From: an uncultured Rhodobacteraceae bacterium
Lineage (GTDB): Bacteria > Pseudomonadota > Alphaproteobacteria > Rhodobacterales > Rhodobacteraceae
NCBI GenBank assembly: GCA_965657135.1
Contig: CBFHNF010000003.1
Location: 6,836-70,835, forward strand
Length of the DNA: 64,000 nt
Reading direction: 5' to 3'
Shown: positions 1 through 8,945 of the stretch, one piece after another
Numbering within the stretch: the first letter of the stretch is position 1
Layout of the letters: every line of letters begins with the position of its first letter
Notes under the pieces: generated by a model
Seen by the model: the letters and a program-made list of their open reading frames with translations, nothing else
Told to the model about the DNA's origin: nothing
The model's database searches: none
Position numbers and translations under genes: made by a program

Positions 1-153
1 ATGTTGTTGGGGCCATCATTGTTTTATATTTTGGTCGTCCGTGGCGTGTTCGCATTGATCCTGACTTATGTCATTATACGTGTGCTCAACATGATGTCTG
101 TGCGTATGTATGATCGCTGGGTTGTGAATGAAAAAGCGTTTCAAGCAACTTAG
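1..153 (+). CDS. 3' end of a membrane protein gene (partial, runs off the window start; possibly nucleoside-recognition/Gate-domain family)
   Basis: Frame 1 is open from base 1: MLLGPSLFYILVVRGVFALILTYVIIRVLNMMSVRMYDRWVVNEKAFQAT*. It is hydrophobic and its stop abuts the bhcD stop. Confidence 0.5.
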   Translation: MLLGPSLFYILVVRGVFALILTYVIIRVLNMMSVRMYDRWVVNEKAFQAT

Positions 154-1127
154 ACATCAATCTTAATTGCAACACCTCGTTGAATGGCAAGTTCTACAAC
201 TTTGGCTGCAACTGCCAAATCTTGTAGTCCAACACCTGTTCCATCAAAAATTGTGATTTCATCATTGCCTTGACGTCCAGAGTGGCTGGCATTGATCACA
301 GCCCCCAGTTCGACAATTTGATTTGGCAACAGGCGGCCAGATGCGATTGCGTGTTGTGCCTCACCGATTGTGATGGACTGCGCGATTTCGTCTGTGAATA
401 CGCTTGATTGTGCGATCAACGCTTCGTCAATCTCTTGTTTGCCTTTGGTATCGGTACCCATGCAGGCGATGTGGCAACCCGGGCTGACATGATCCAGCAT
501 AAGAGATGGCGAAAAGGCCGACGTAATCGTAATGATCACATCCGCATCACGCATGCGTTCAAGTGAAACACTTTCAAATGGAACTCCGGCCTCGTTTGCC
601 ACTTTTTCAAGGTTTGGTAGCATTTCAGGGTGGTAGTTCCAACCAATCACCTTTTCAAAAGCGCGCTGCTCCAGTGCGGAGCGCAGTTGAAATGTGGATT
701 GATGACCTGCGCCGATCATCCCAAGAACACGCGCCTCAGGACGTGCCAAATGTTTGATCGACACAGATGAGGCCGCAGCTGTGCGGAGTGCCGTCAACAA
801 ATTCCCCCCCACCATTGCGCTTGGCATTCCGGTAGCTGGATCAAATAGGAAAACTGTTGATTGGTGATTAATGTGCCCATGTTTTTCAAGGTTATTTGGC
901 CAATATCCACCAGCTTTAAGGCCCAAACTTAATCCAGCGCGATCAAACCCGCCCTTAAATCCATATAAGGCATCTTCGTATCCAATCGCTTCTCGGATCA
1001 CTGGAAAATTATAGGCATCGCGCGACGACATCGCAGCGAATACGTTTTCCACTGCCTCAAAGGCGGCGTCTCTGGTCATGAGGTTTGCGATTTCTCGCTC
1101 GGGAACGATGAACATGCGTTGGTCCAA
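150..1127 (-). CDS. bhcD: iminosuccinate reductase (ornithine cyclodeaminase/mu-crystallin family)
   Basis: OCD motifs LTALRTAAAS, GAGHQ and FDGTGVGLQD; last gene of the bhcABCD operon. The start may be the second Met (MFIVPE). Confidence 0.9.
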   Translation of the reverse strand: MDQRMFIVPEREIANLMTRDAAFEAVENVFAAMSSRDAYNFPVIREAIGYEDALYGFKGGFDRAGLSLGLKAGGYWPNNLEKHGHINHQSTVFLFDPATGMPSAMVGGNLLTALRTAAASSVSIKHLARPEARVLGMIGAGHQSTFQLRSALEQRAFEKVIGWNYHPEMLPNLEKVANEAGVPFESVSLERMRDADVIITITSAFSPSLMLDHVSPGCHIACMGTDTKGKQEIDEALIAQSSVFTDEIAQSITIGEAQHAIASGRLLPNQIVELGAVINASHSGRQGNDEITIFDGTGVGLQDLAVAAKVVELAIQRGVAIKIDV

Positions 1128-1184
1128 TTTCTGTAGGTGTCAAATTTACAATATGACATGATAATAATGGGATATCGGTAACTT

Positions 1185-2348
1185 CTAATATGCGTGACCG
1201 CGTGCAGATATTGGCCAGACGGTTTCAACCTTGCCATTGCGTACTCCGACATACCAATCGTGAACATTGGCTGTGGGGTCACAGTGTCCAGGCACAAGTT
1301 TTAGTTTGTCGTTAATTTTCAGTACACCGTCGGTGTCCAAAACCACACCGTGTTCATCCGAACATTTTATGTATTCGACATCATCACGTCCGTAGATAAC
1401 AGGTAGGCCGCTATCAACGGATTGAACCTTTAATCCCGCATCAACGATGGCTTTATCCGCTTTGACATGACTCATCACACTGGTCAGGATGAACATGGCA
1501 TTTTCCCATTCGCCCTGATCAATTCGGTTACCGTCCTTATCCAAAATACGCCCATAATCGGCATCCATGAAGGCATAGGATCCGCATTGCAACTCGTTAT
1601 AAACGCCAGATGCTGATTCAAAGTAATAGGATCCCGTGCCACCACCGCCAACAATGTCACAGTCCAGACCTTGCGCGCGCAACGTGTCCACGGCATCTTT
1701 TACCATAGCGACTGCAACAGCGATCTTTGCCTTGCGCTCTTCGTAACTGTCTAGGTGTTGCATCGCGCCTTGATAAGCTTGGAGTCCCGCAAATTTCAGT
1801 CCGGAAGCGGCATCAATTGCCATTGCAATTTCAACAACCGCAGGGGTTGTTGTGACACCGCAACGCCCCGCGCCACAGTCGATTTCAACCAAACACTCTA
1901 TGATCGTCCCGTGCCTGACGGCGGCCTCAGATAAATCCGCTACATTTGTGATATCATCAACGCAACATATTGCCCGCGCGCCCAGTTTTGGGATGCGCGC
2001 CAATCTGTCGATTTTGGCAGGATGACGCACCTGATTTGACACCAACACGTCACGAATGCCACCGCGTGCGAACACCTCGGCTTCCGACACTTTTTGGCAA
2101 CACACACCACACGCACCGCCAAGTGCCTCTTGCAACTTGGCGACATCTACGGATTTGTGCATTTTTCCATGTACGCGGTGACGCATACCCTGCGCAGCAG
2201 CGTAATCACCCATTTTTTTAATGTTCCGTTCGAGCGCATCTAAATCCAGCACCAAACAGGGCGTTTGAATATCCTCTTCCGACATTCCGGGTTTTGCAGG
2301 AATATTGTATCCCACCTCATATTCATCAAATGTAACTACGTCTTTCAT
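1185..2348 (-). CDS. bhcC: 3-hydroxy-D-aspartate aldolase (PLP, alanine-racemase/DSD1 fold)
   Basis: IQTPCLVLDLD, RVHGKMHKS (PLP Lys), GGGGTGS, ELQCGSY, PGHCDPT; start reassigned to MKDVVTFDEYEVG at 2348. Confidence 0.92.
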   Translation of the reverse strand: MKDVVTFDEYEVGYNIPAKPGMSEEDIQTPCLVLDLDALERNIKKMGDYAAAQGMRHRVHGKMHKSVDVAKLQEALGGACGVCCQKVSEAEVFARGGIRDVLVSNQVRHPAKIDRLARIPKLGARAICCVDDITNVADLSEAAVRHGTIIECLVEIDCGAGRCGVTTTPAVVEIAMAIDAASGLKFAGLQAYQGAMQHLDSYEERKAKIAVAVAMVKDAVDTLRAQGLDCDIVGGGGTGSYYFESASGVYNELQCGSYAFMDADYGRILDKDGNRIDQGEWENAMFILTSVMSHVKADKAIVDAGLKVQSVDSGLPVIYGRDDVEYIKCSDEHGVVLDTDGVLKINDKLKLVPGHCDPTANVHDWYVGVRNGKVETVWPISARGHAY

Positions 2349-2373
2349 GATCGAAATTCCTTGATCGTTTATC

Positions 2374-3345
2374 TTATGCCGCAGAGAGCCATGGCAATTT
2401 GTCCAGATCGACATTACCGCCGGTTACGATAATGCCAATACGTTTGCCACGAAACGCCTCTGGGTTTTTTAGCACGATGGCCAATGGGACGGCTGAAGAG
2501 GGTTCCATGACCATGCGAAGATGTTTCCATGTCAGCTTCATCGCATCGATGATTTCACTTTCGCTGGCGGTGTATATATCGCTGACGTAATTAGAAACAA
2601 AATGCCAAGTGCGATCCTTAAGTGGCACCAACAGTCCGTCTGCGATCGTTTTAGGGGCATCATCTGCGATTATATAGCCTGCCTTGAAACTCCGATAGGC
2701 ATCATCGGCCTGTTCGGGTTCCGCCGCAATTATTTGTGTTTCTGGCGCCAGTGTCGACAACGTTAGACAGGTGCCAGATATCATTCCACCACCACCAATC
2801 GGTGCAATCACCATATCCAAACCATCAGTTTGCTCCATGAATTCTTTGGAACAGGTTCCTTGGCCCGCAATGACGCGGGGATCGTTGTAGGGATGTACAA
2901 AATCACCTCCAGTGCGGGCCTGAACCTCTGCAAAAGTCGCTTCTCTTGATGTGGTTGAGGGATCGCATTCAGTGATAATGCCGTTATAGCGGCGTACAGT
3001 ATCCTTTTTGGCCTGGGGTGCTGTATGGGGCATCACGACATTACAGGGAATTCCACGGCGCATCGCGGCATAGGACAAACAAGACGCATGGTTACCAGAA
3101 GAATGCGTAGCCACGCCTAATTTTTCGTATTTCTCGTCCAAACCAAAGACAGCATTTGTTGCGCCACGCACCTTAAACGCACCAGGTTCTTGAAAGTTTT
3201 CACACTTAAAAAACAGCTGTGCGCCTGTGATATCGTTTAAATAGTCAGAGGTGCGCACAGGTGTGCGACGAATGATCGGTTCAATACGCTTATGTGCATC
3301 TAACATATCTTGATAAGATGGAAGTGTGTCTGCAAAATCCTTCAT
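2374..3345 (-). CDS. bhcB: beta-hydroxyaspartate dehydratase (serine/threonine dehydratase fold)
   Basis: FFKCENFQEPGAFKVRGA, THSSGNH, PIGGGG, TGGNVD; operon position. Confidence 0.92.
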   Translation of the reverse strand: MKDFADTLPSYQDMLDAHKRIEPIIRRTPVRTSDYLNDITGAQLFFKCENFQEPGAFKVRGATNAVFGLDEKYEKLGVATHSSGNHASCLSYAAMRRGIPCNVVMPHTAPQAKKDTVRRYNGIITECDPSTTSREATFAEVQARTGGDFVHPYNDPRVIAGQGTCSKEFMEQTDGLDMVIAPIGGGGMISGTCLTLSTLAPETQIIAAEPEQADDAYRSFKAGYIIADDAPKTIADGLLVPLKDRTWHFVSNYVSDIYTASESEIIDAMKLTWKHLRMVMEPSSAVPLAIVLKNPEAFRGKRIGIIVTGGNVDLDKLPWLSAA

Positions 3346-4535
3346 TCAGCGGCTACCTTTTGTTCGATCACCGTATGATTGCGGTAGTATTGTTGCGCTT
3401 CTGCGACACCAGACCCCAACTGCACAGGCAAGCCCAAATCAACCATACACATTTCCGCAGTTGCCAATCCAGATAGGGTCATCACATCTGTCAAGCTGCC
3501 CAAATGGCCGATCCGAAACACCTTGCCTGCGACATCACCCAGACCAACGCCAAATGCAACACCATACTTTTCCGCAGCAAGTGTCACGATATCCGTTGCG
3601 TTAAAATTTGCAGGTGTTTTGATCGCACTGACCGTATCTGAATAGACTGATGGATCACTTGCGCACAATTCCATTCCCCAGGCCTGAACCGCGCATCGAA
3701 CACCCTGTGCAATGCGGTGATGGCGCGCAAAAACATTTTCTAACCCTTCGTCCAGTAACATGTCGCAGGAATGTTTCAATCCATTCAGTAATCCCACTGC
3801 TGGCGTATAGGGATAGGCATTTTTTGCATAGCCCTGTGCCATATCGTGAACGTCAAAAAATGTGCGCGGCAGTGTTGCTGTTTTTGTGGCCTGCATTGCC
3901 TTGTGACTAAATCCAACGATCGCCAATCCTGCGGGCAGCATGAAACCCTTTTGCGAGCCAGTAACGGCAACATCCACACGCCATTCATCAAACCGAAAAT
4001 CAACCGATGCAATTGAAGAAACGCCATCAACGAACAAAAGGGCGGGGTGATCCACAGCATCCATCGCATGACGTATCGCCGCAATATCCGAGAGAACGCC
4101 AGTTGCAGTTTCGTTGTGGGTGACCAAAACGGCTTTTATCTTGTGCGCTTTGTCTTGTTGCAAGATTTCAGCATATGCAGTTGCCGAAATTCCATCACCC
4201 CACGGTGTTTCAACGACTTTTACATTCAGACTATGACGTTGACACATGTCAATCCAACGCTGACTGAACATCCCATTTCGTGCCGCCAACACTGTATCAC
4301 CCGCCGACAAGGTGTTTGAGATTGCAGTTTCCCAACCCCCTGTCCCTGATGCGGGAAATACGAAAATCTTGGCTGTCCCGCTTTTCAACACTTTACGTAC
4401 GCCGTTTAGAGCAGGATGCAAAATTTGCCCAAACAAGGGTGATCTGTGATCAAGTGTTGGCATGTCGCAGGCTTTGCGCAATATCTCTGGGATATTCGTC
4501 GGTCCGGGAATGAAAACGGGGTTTTGAAAGCTCAT
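3342..4535 (-). CDS. bhcA: L-aspartate--glyoxylate aminotransferase (class V PLP)
   Basis: MSFQNPVFIPGPTNIPE, HNETATG, VDGVSS, TGSQKGFMLPAG, FRIGHLG; start at 4535. Confidence 0.93.
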   Translation of the reverse strand: MSFQNPVFIPGPTNIPEILRKACDMPTLDHRSPLFGQILHPALNGVRKVLKSGTAKIFVFPASGTGGWETAISNTLSAGDTVLAARNGMFSQRWIDMCQRHSLNVKVVETPWGDGISATAYAEILQQDKAHKIKAVLVTHNETATGVLSDIAAIRHAMDAVDHPALLFVDGVSSIASVDFRFDEWRVDVAVTGSQKGFMLPAGLAIVGFSHKAMQATKTATLPRTFFDVHDMAQGYAKNAYPYTPAVGLLNGLKHSCDMLLDEGLENVFARHHRIAQGVRCAVQAWGMELCASDPSVYSDTVSAIKTPANFNATDIVTLAAEKYGVAFGVGLGDVAGKVFRIGHLGSLTDVMTLSGLATAEMCMVDLGLPVQLGSGVAEAQQYYRNHTVIEQKVAAE

Positions 4536-4660
4536 ATCGTTACCTTTTTCCTCTAATAACATAGGTTAACAATGTGATTGTCAGATTTAAATATTTTCAA
4601 TTATTTCTGATTTTCCTGAATTCCTATGAAAATATATTGTATTTACAGGGGGATATAATT

Positions 4661-4675
4661 TTTCATAATATGAAA
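4661..4675. promoter_or_regulatory. candidate BhcR (IclR) operator palindrome TTTCAT-AAT-ATGAAA
   Basis: Perfect inverted repeat in the AT-rich bhcA/bhcR divergent intergenic region. Confidence 0.55.
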
Positions 4676-4711
4676 TATATTTTCAAAAGTTAAAATTGGT
4701 CGGGGAACTTA

Positions 4712-5545
4712 ATGGCAGATCATTCACAAATAAGACGCGCCCGCGGGCGTCCACGGGATTGGCATGATAAAACGGACCAGAATACCATCAAATCGTTGGA
4801 TCGTGCGCTGCATGTGTTCAAACACCTTAGTTTGAAACAAAATTCACCTTTAACGGAATTGGCCGCACAAACGGGTCAGTCCCCGGCGACAGTTTATCGA
4901 ATATTAATCACCCTACAGGGTCAGGGATTGGTCGAATTTGATCCAGAAGATCAGGTTTGGCACATCGGAGCGCAGGCTTTTGTGATCGGCGCTCGGTTTC
5001 TGCGGCGTACAAGTTTGGTAGAGCGCGCACGTCCCATCATGCGCAAATTGATGGAAACAACAGGAGAAACCGCAAACCTAGGCATTGAGAAAGAGGGTAA
5101 AGTTCTGTTTTTAAACCAGGTTGAAACTCATGAAAGTATTCGTGCGTTTTTTCCTCCGGGAACCCTATCAGACATGCATTCGTCCGGAATTGGTAAGGCA
5201 TTGTTAGCCCATATGGACGCAGATCGGCGTAACAAGATGATCCGTGATATGTCCTTGCCCGCATACACAGACTTCACAATGACAGATATTTCAAACCTAA
5301 AGGAAGATCTAAATCAGATTCAACGGCAGGGATACAGCGTTGATAACGAAGAAAGAAACATAGGTATGCGCTGTATTGCGGCGCCTGTATTTGACTTTAA
5401 TCGAGAGGTGATTGCTGGGATTTCAGTATCTGGACCAACCAGTCGAATTAAACGTGCAAATATAGCGTCAATGAGCATTCAAGTGTTGCATGCGGCAATG
5501 TCGCTCACACAAGCGATTGGAGGTGTATCGCCAGCCGAAGTTTAA
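4712..5545 (+). CDS. bhcR: IclR-family regulator of the BHA cycle
   Basis: N-terminal RRARGRPR...QNTIKSLDRAL, HTH, and IclR C-terminus (SGIGKALLA, GMRCIAAPVF, SVSGP); divergent from bhcA. Confidence 0.9.
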   Translation: MADHSQIRRARGRPRDWHDKTDQNTIKSLDRALHVFKHLSLKQNSPLTELAAQTGQSPATVYRILITLQGQGLVEFDPEDQVWHIGAQAFVIGARFLRRTSLVERARPIMRKLMETTGETANLGIEKEGKVLFLNQVETHESIRAFFPPGTLSDMHSSGIGKALLAHMDADRRNKMIRDMSLPAYTDFTMTDISNLKEDLNQIQRQGYSVDNEERNIGMRCIAAPVFDFNREVIAGISVSGPTSRIKRANIASMSIQVLHAAMSLTQAIGGVSPAEV

Positions 5546-5681
5546 TTCAGCGACAACCCTAGAAAGTTAATGTCCAAAATGACCGATTATTGAATGTGAA
5601 TAATATTGGTTTCTGTCATTTATAAGGTTGCAATACCTTCTATTTCAGTCATACACGCGATGATTGAATTAAGAAAAGAGG

Positions 5682-6071
5682 ATGACGATGGCGACAACAC
5701 TTTATGGCGCAAGTCTTGGGCTTTGGTTGGTGATTTTGTCACTGCGGGTGATTGCATTGCGTGGTGGTCCAGGGTTGGGATGGCTTCGATTTGGTCATAG
5801 TGGTGATGATGCATTACCCCGCGCAATTCGGGCACAGGGTAACCTTACCGAATATGCACCAATGTTTGTGATCTTGATGTTCGTTGCAGAATCTGGTGGG
5901 GTTTCGTCCTTTTCCTTGCACTATTACGGCGGCACATTTTTGTTGGGCCGATTGATGCATGGAGTATGCATGGGGTTCATGTCGAAAAGCGTATTTTTGC
6001 GTTCGGGCGGAACAACCTTAACGCTACTTGCCCTACTTGGCATTTCTGTGTTGTTATTGACGCAACTGTAA
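5682..6071 (+). CDS. MAPEG family membrane protein
   Basis: RAIRAQGNLTEYAP and LLGRLMHG motifs; hydrophobic helices. Confidence 0.85.
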   Translation: MTMATTLYGASLGLWLVILSLRVIALRGGPGLGWLRFGHSGDDALPRAIRAQGNLTEYAPMFVILMFVAESGGVSSFSLHYYGGTFLLGRLMHGVCMGFMSKSVFLRSGGTTLTLLALLGISVLLLTQL

Positions 6072-6076
6072 TCTGT

Positions 6077-6110
6077 AAGTGAGGCGGTCACATACGTTGA
6101 TCGCCCACTT
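6077..6110. terminator. imperfect hairpin after MAPEG (probable terminator)
   Basis: AAGTGAGGCGGTCA-catacgt-TGATCGCCCACTT inverted repeat 6 nt after the stop. Confidence 0.45.
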
Positions 6111-6151
6111 CACCACGGCTTTACGCTCATTTCATCAACAAAGATTTGTGA

Positions 6152-6247
6152 TTAACCCATTGATGATATGTCAGGAACATTCATGTCTGAAGAAATATTC
6201 AGATCGAAAAATTGTCCTGACACGTAATATTTAATCCATTGCAACAT
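6152..6247 (-). CDS. putative small protein (31 aa), or 5' part of a 46-codon gene with an internal TAA
   Basis: GGGGGG RBS-like run 5 nt before ATG; MLQWIKYYVSGQFFDLNISSDMNVPDISSMG*; the frame continues SQIFVDEMSVKPW* to 6110. Confidence 0.3.
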   Translation of the reverse strand: MLQWIKYYVSGQFFDLNISSDMNVPDISSMG

Positions 6248-6355
6248 GGCGACCCCCCAAGTTTCAACAAGGATAAACGCGAAATATCACGGTTTTGTGT
6301 CAGCATTTGTAATTTGACAGCGTTTGTTTACAATTTTGTGTTTCTTTCCGAAAGT

Positions 6356-7870
6356 TCAAGGTGTGAAAACTTTTTGATAGGTTTTGCGGAGTTCGTTTTT
6401 TTGAACCTTGCCCATCGTGTTTCGGGGAAGGGCATCAACAAAAAACACAGCCTTTGGGCATTTAAATTTCGCCAAACGTTCTTGGAGTGGATACACGATT
6501 TGCTCTGTGTGCATGTCCACGCCCTCGACTGTCACAACAACGGCCAGTACGGCTTCGCCAAAATCGGGATGGGGAACGCCAATAATGGCAGATTCATTCA
6601 CCCCCTGTATACCATCAATTTCGGATTCAACTTCTTTTGGGTAAACATTGTAGCCACCCGTAATCACCATATCTTTGGACCGGCCAATAATTGTTAGATA
6701 GCCATCTAAATCAAATTTCGCGATGTCACCCGTGATAAAGAAGCCGTCATCACGAAATTCTTCGGCTGTCTTTTCAGGCATTCTCCAATATCCTTTAAAA
6801 ACATTTGGCCCACGTACCTCTAGGTTTCCAATCTCTCCATTAGGTAGGGGTGCACCGCTGTCTGGATGAACCACACGCAATTCGATATTGGGCAATGGAA
6901 ACCCAACGGTTCCAGCGCGCCGTTCACCACGATAAGGGTTGGATGAATTCATTGTAGTTTCGGTCATCCCATAGCGTTCAAGGATACGTTGACCTGTCTT
7001 GGCCTCAAACTCTCGGTGGGTTTCGGCCAAAAGGGGCGCGCTACCTGATACGAATAATCGAATATGGCCTAGATGATCACGTGTGCAACGAGGATCTGCC
7101 AACATGCGAGTATAAAACGTTGGCACACCCATCATAGTTGTTGCATCGCCTATTTTGTTCATAACCGCTTCAATGTCAAATTTAGGCAAAAATATCATGG
7201 ATGCACCAACATTTAGCGACACATTCACCGCCACAAATAAACCATGTGCGTGAAAAATGGGCAGGGCGTGCAATAGACGATCGTGTGACGTGAATTCCCA
7301 CTCTGCGGATAGACTTTGGGCATTTGATAATAGGTTTTCATGTGTCAACATGGCCCCTTTTGAACGGCCCGTCGTTCCAGAAGTGTACAGGATGACAGCG
7401 AGATCATCTGGCCCCCGCTCGGCCACTGGACAATCACACGCTGCAACCCGCGCTGCCGACATCAACGTGCCGTCCGAAGCTTCGCCAAGGGTGTATAGTG
7501 TTGCATTGTGTTGCGCACATATTGGCGCCATTTGTTCAGCTGCTGTGATAGAGGAAACTACAACAGTTGGTTCGGCGTCACCGATAAAATATTCCATTTC
7601 AGTAGGTGTATAGGCCGTGTTCAACGGCAGGAATAGTGATCCAACACGCAGGCAGGCAAGATAAAGAGCCAATGCCTCAATTGATTTTTCGCATTGCATT
7701 GCAACGCGATGTCCCGGTTCAACACCTGCATCGCGCAATACATTTGCGATTTGACCAGATAAGGCAAAAAGATCCTGACCACTTAATGACTGACCATCTG
7801 GCCGTATCACAACAGCATCTGTGCGAGTGGCAAGAGGGCTAACAAGGGCGTCAAATAACATATTCATCAC
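6356..7870 (-). CDS. matB: malonyl-CoA synthetase (ANL adenylate-forming family)
   Basis: YTSGTTGRSKGAML, ILERYGMTET, GFFITGD, LPRNTMGKVQK are typical MatB motifs. Confidence 0.88.
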   Translation of the reverse strand: MMNMLFDALVSPLATRTDAVVIRPDGQSLSGQDLFALSGQIANVLRDAGVEPGHRVAMQCEKSIEALALYLACLRVGSLFLPLNTAYTPTEMEYFIGDAEPTVVVSSITAAEQMAPICAQHNATLYTLGEASDGTLMSAARVAACDCPVAERGPDDLAVILYTSGTTGRSKGAMLTHENLLSNAQSLSAEWEFTSHDRLLHALPIFHAHGLFVAVNVSLNVGASMIFLPKFDIEAVMNKIGDATTMMGVPTFYTRMLADPRCTRDHLGHIRLFVSGSAPLLAETHREFEAKTGQRILERYGMTETTMNSSNPYRGERRAGTVGFPLPNIELRVVHPDSGAPLPNGEIGNLEVRGPNVFKGYWRMPEKTAEEFRDDGFFITGDIAKFDLDGYLTIIGRSKDMVITGGYNVYPKEVESEIDGIQGVNESAIIGVPHPDFGEAVLAVVVTVEGVDMHTEQIVYPLQERLAKFKCPKAVFFVDALPRNTMGKVQKNELRKTYQKVFTP

Positions 7871-8288
7871 GATTTTTCCTCAGGGACCTTTGAAATCCAG
7901 TCTGCGCTTATCATTGTTGGACCAAAAGGCCCTAGTCATCGTATTCTGAAGCATGGCAGGCAGCAACCACTTCGTCGTATTTTTCCTAGTTTTGATTTTC
8001 AGTATATTTGGACGGATATTGAAGGCGTTCGTATTCAAGTATGTTCGAAAATATCTTGGGGCGATGTTGTGCGATCCATCTTGCGATGACACCAAAGTAA
8101 ACGCATTTGGGTGCTGTTCGTAAGTTACATCAGTTGCATTTCCTATCAATCAAGCCCCTTGGATCAAATCTAAAATTAACAGAGCACGGTGCGCTCGGTT
8201 CAAATGCGTCATCTGATAGGTCGAAAATGAAACAGACCTCAATCTGATATTCCAAGAGCGTTGTTGGTGTTTGCCAATGAGGTTTTAG

Positions 8289-8876
8289 ATGGATTACGAC
8301 AAGATAATTGATGAAATACGCAATCTGCATGAGGGCCACTCTGATCTAAGTGAATTTTGCGCATTTCCAAATGACGTCAGTCCGCAGGCCGTAACCCCCC
8401 GCTATATGGGTGCGAAAGATTACTTCCTAAAGGAAACGGGTTTATTTGGTTCCAAATATTCTTCTGCACACGCTTTATTGAATGCATTGGCTCCTCATGC
8501 GTATTGGCGCGACACCTATGCGGGAACAAACGTATCGGTTGATTTCATGGATAAATTCGGCTGTTTTAGTTTGATTGGGAAGAATGGGTTTTTCCACAGC
8601 GATCAGATGAACGCATGGATGGTGTATCTGCCCGCTGGCCTGTATTATCCATGGCACCAACATCCCGCAGAAGAGATGTACTTGTGTTTATCTGGCGAGG
8701 CTGTTTTCAAGAAACGGGGCTGTCCAGATCAGATTTTGGGGCAGGGTGAAACAACCCAACATGCAACAAACCAACCCCATGCCATGGAAACACACGATCA
8801 CCCTGTCTTGTGTTACGTTGTTTGGCGTAATGAATTTTTAACGGCGCCGATCCTGACACACACGGATGCGTCATAG
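8289..8876 (+). CDS. dddQ: DMSP lyase, DddQ-type cupin
   Basis: Cupin motif 1 YLPAGLYYPWHQHPAEEMY, motif 2 HATNQPHAM, and C-terminal VVWRNEFLTAPILT resemble DddQ. Confidence 0.75.
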   Translation: MDYDKIIDEIRNLHEGHSDLSEFCAFPNDVSPQAVTPRYMGAKDYFLKETGLFGSKYSSAHALLNALAPHAYWRDTYAGTNVSVDFMDKFGCFSLIGKNGFFHSDQMNAWMVYLPAGLYYPWHQHPAEEMYLCLSGEAVFKKRGCPDQILGQGETTQHATNQPHAMETHDHPVLCYVVWRNEFLTAPILTHTDAS

Positions 8877-8945
8877 AATTATAATTTACTCGCCTTTCTA
8901 TGCTTGACTGGTAAGGTCCGCGTGAAGCCTTTGATCGGACGACCC

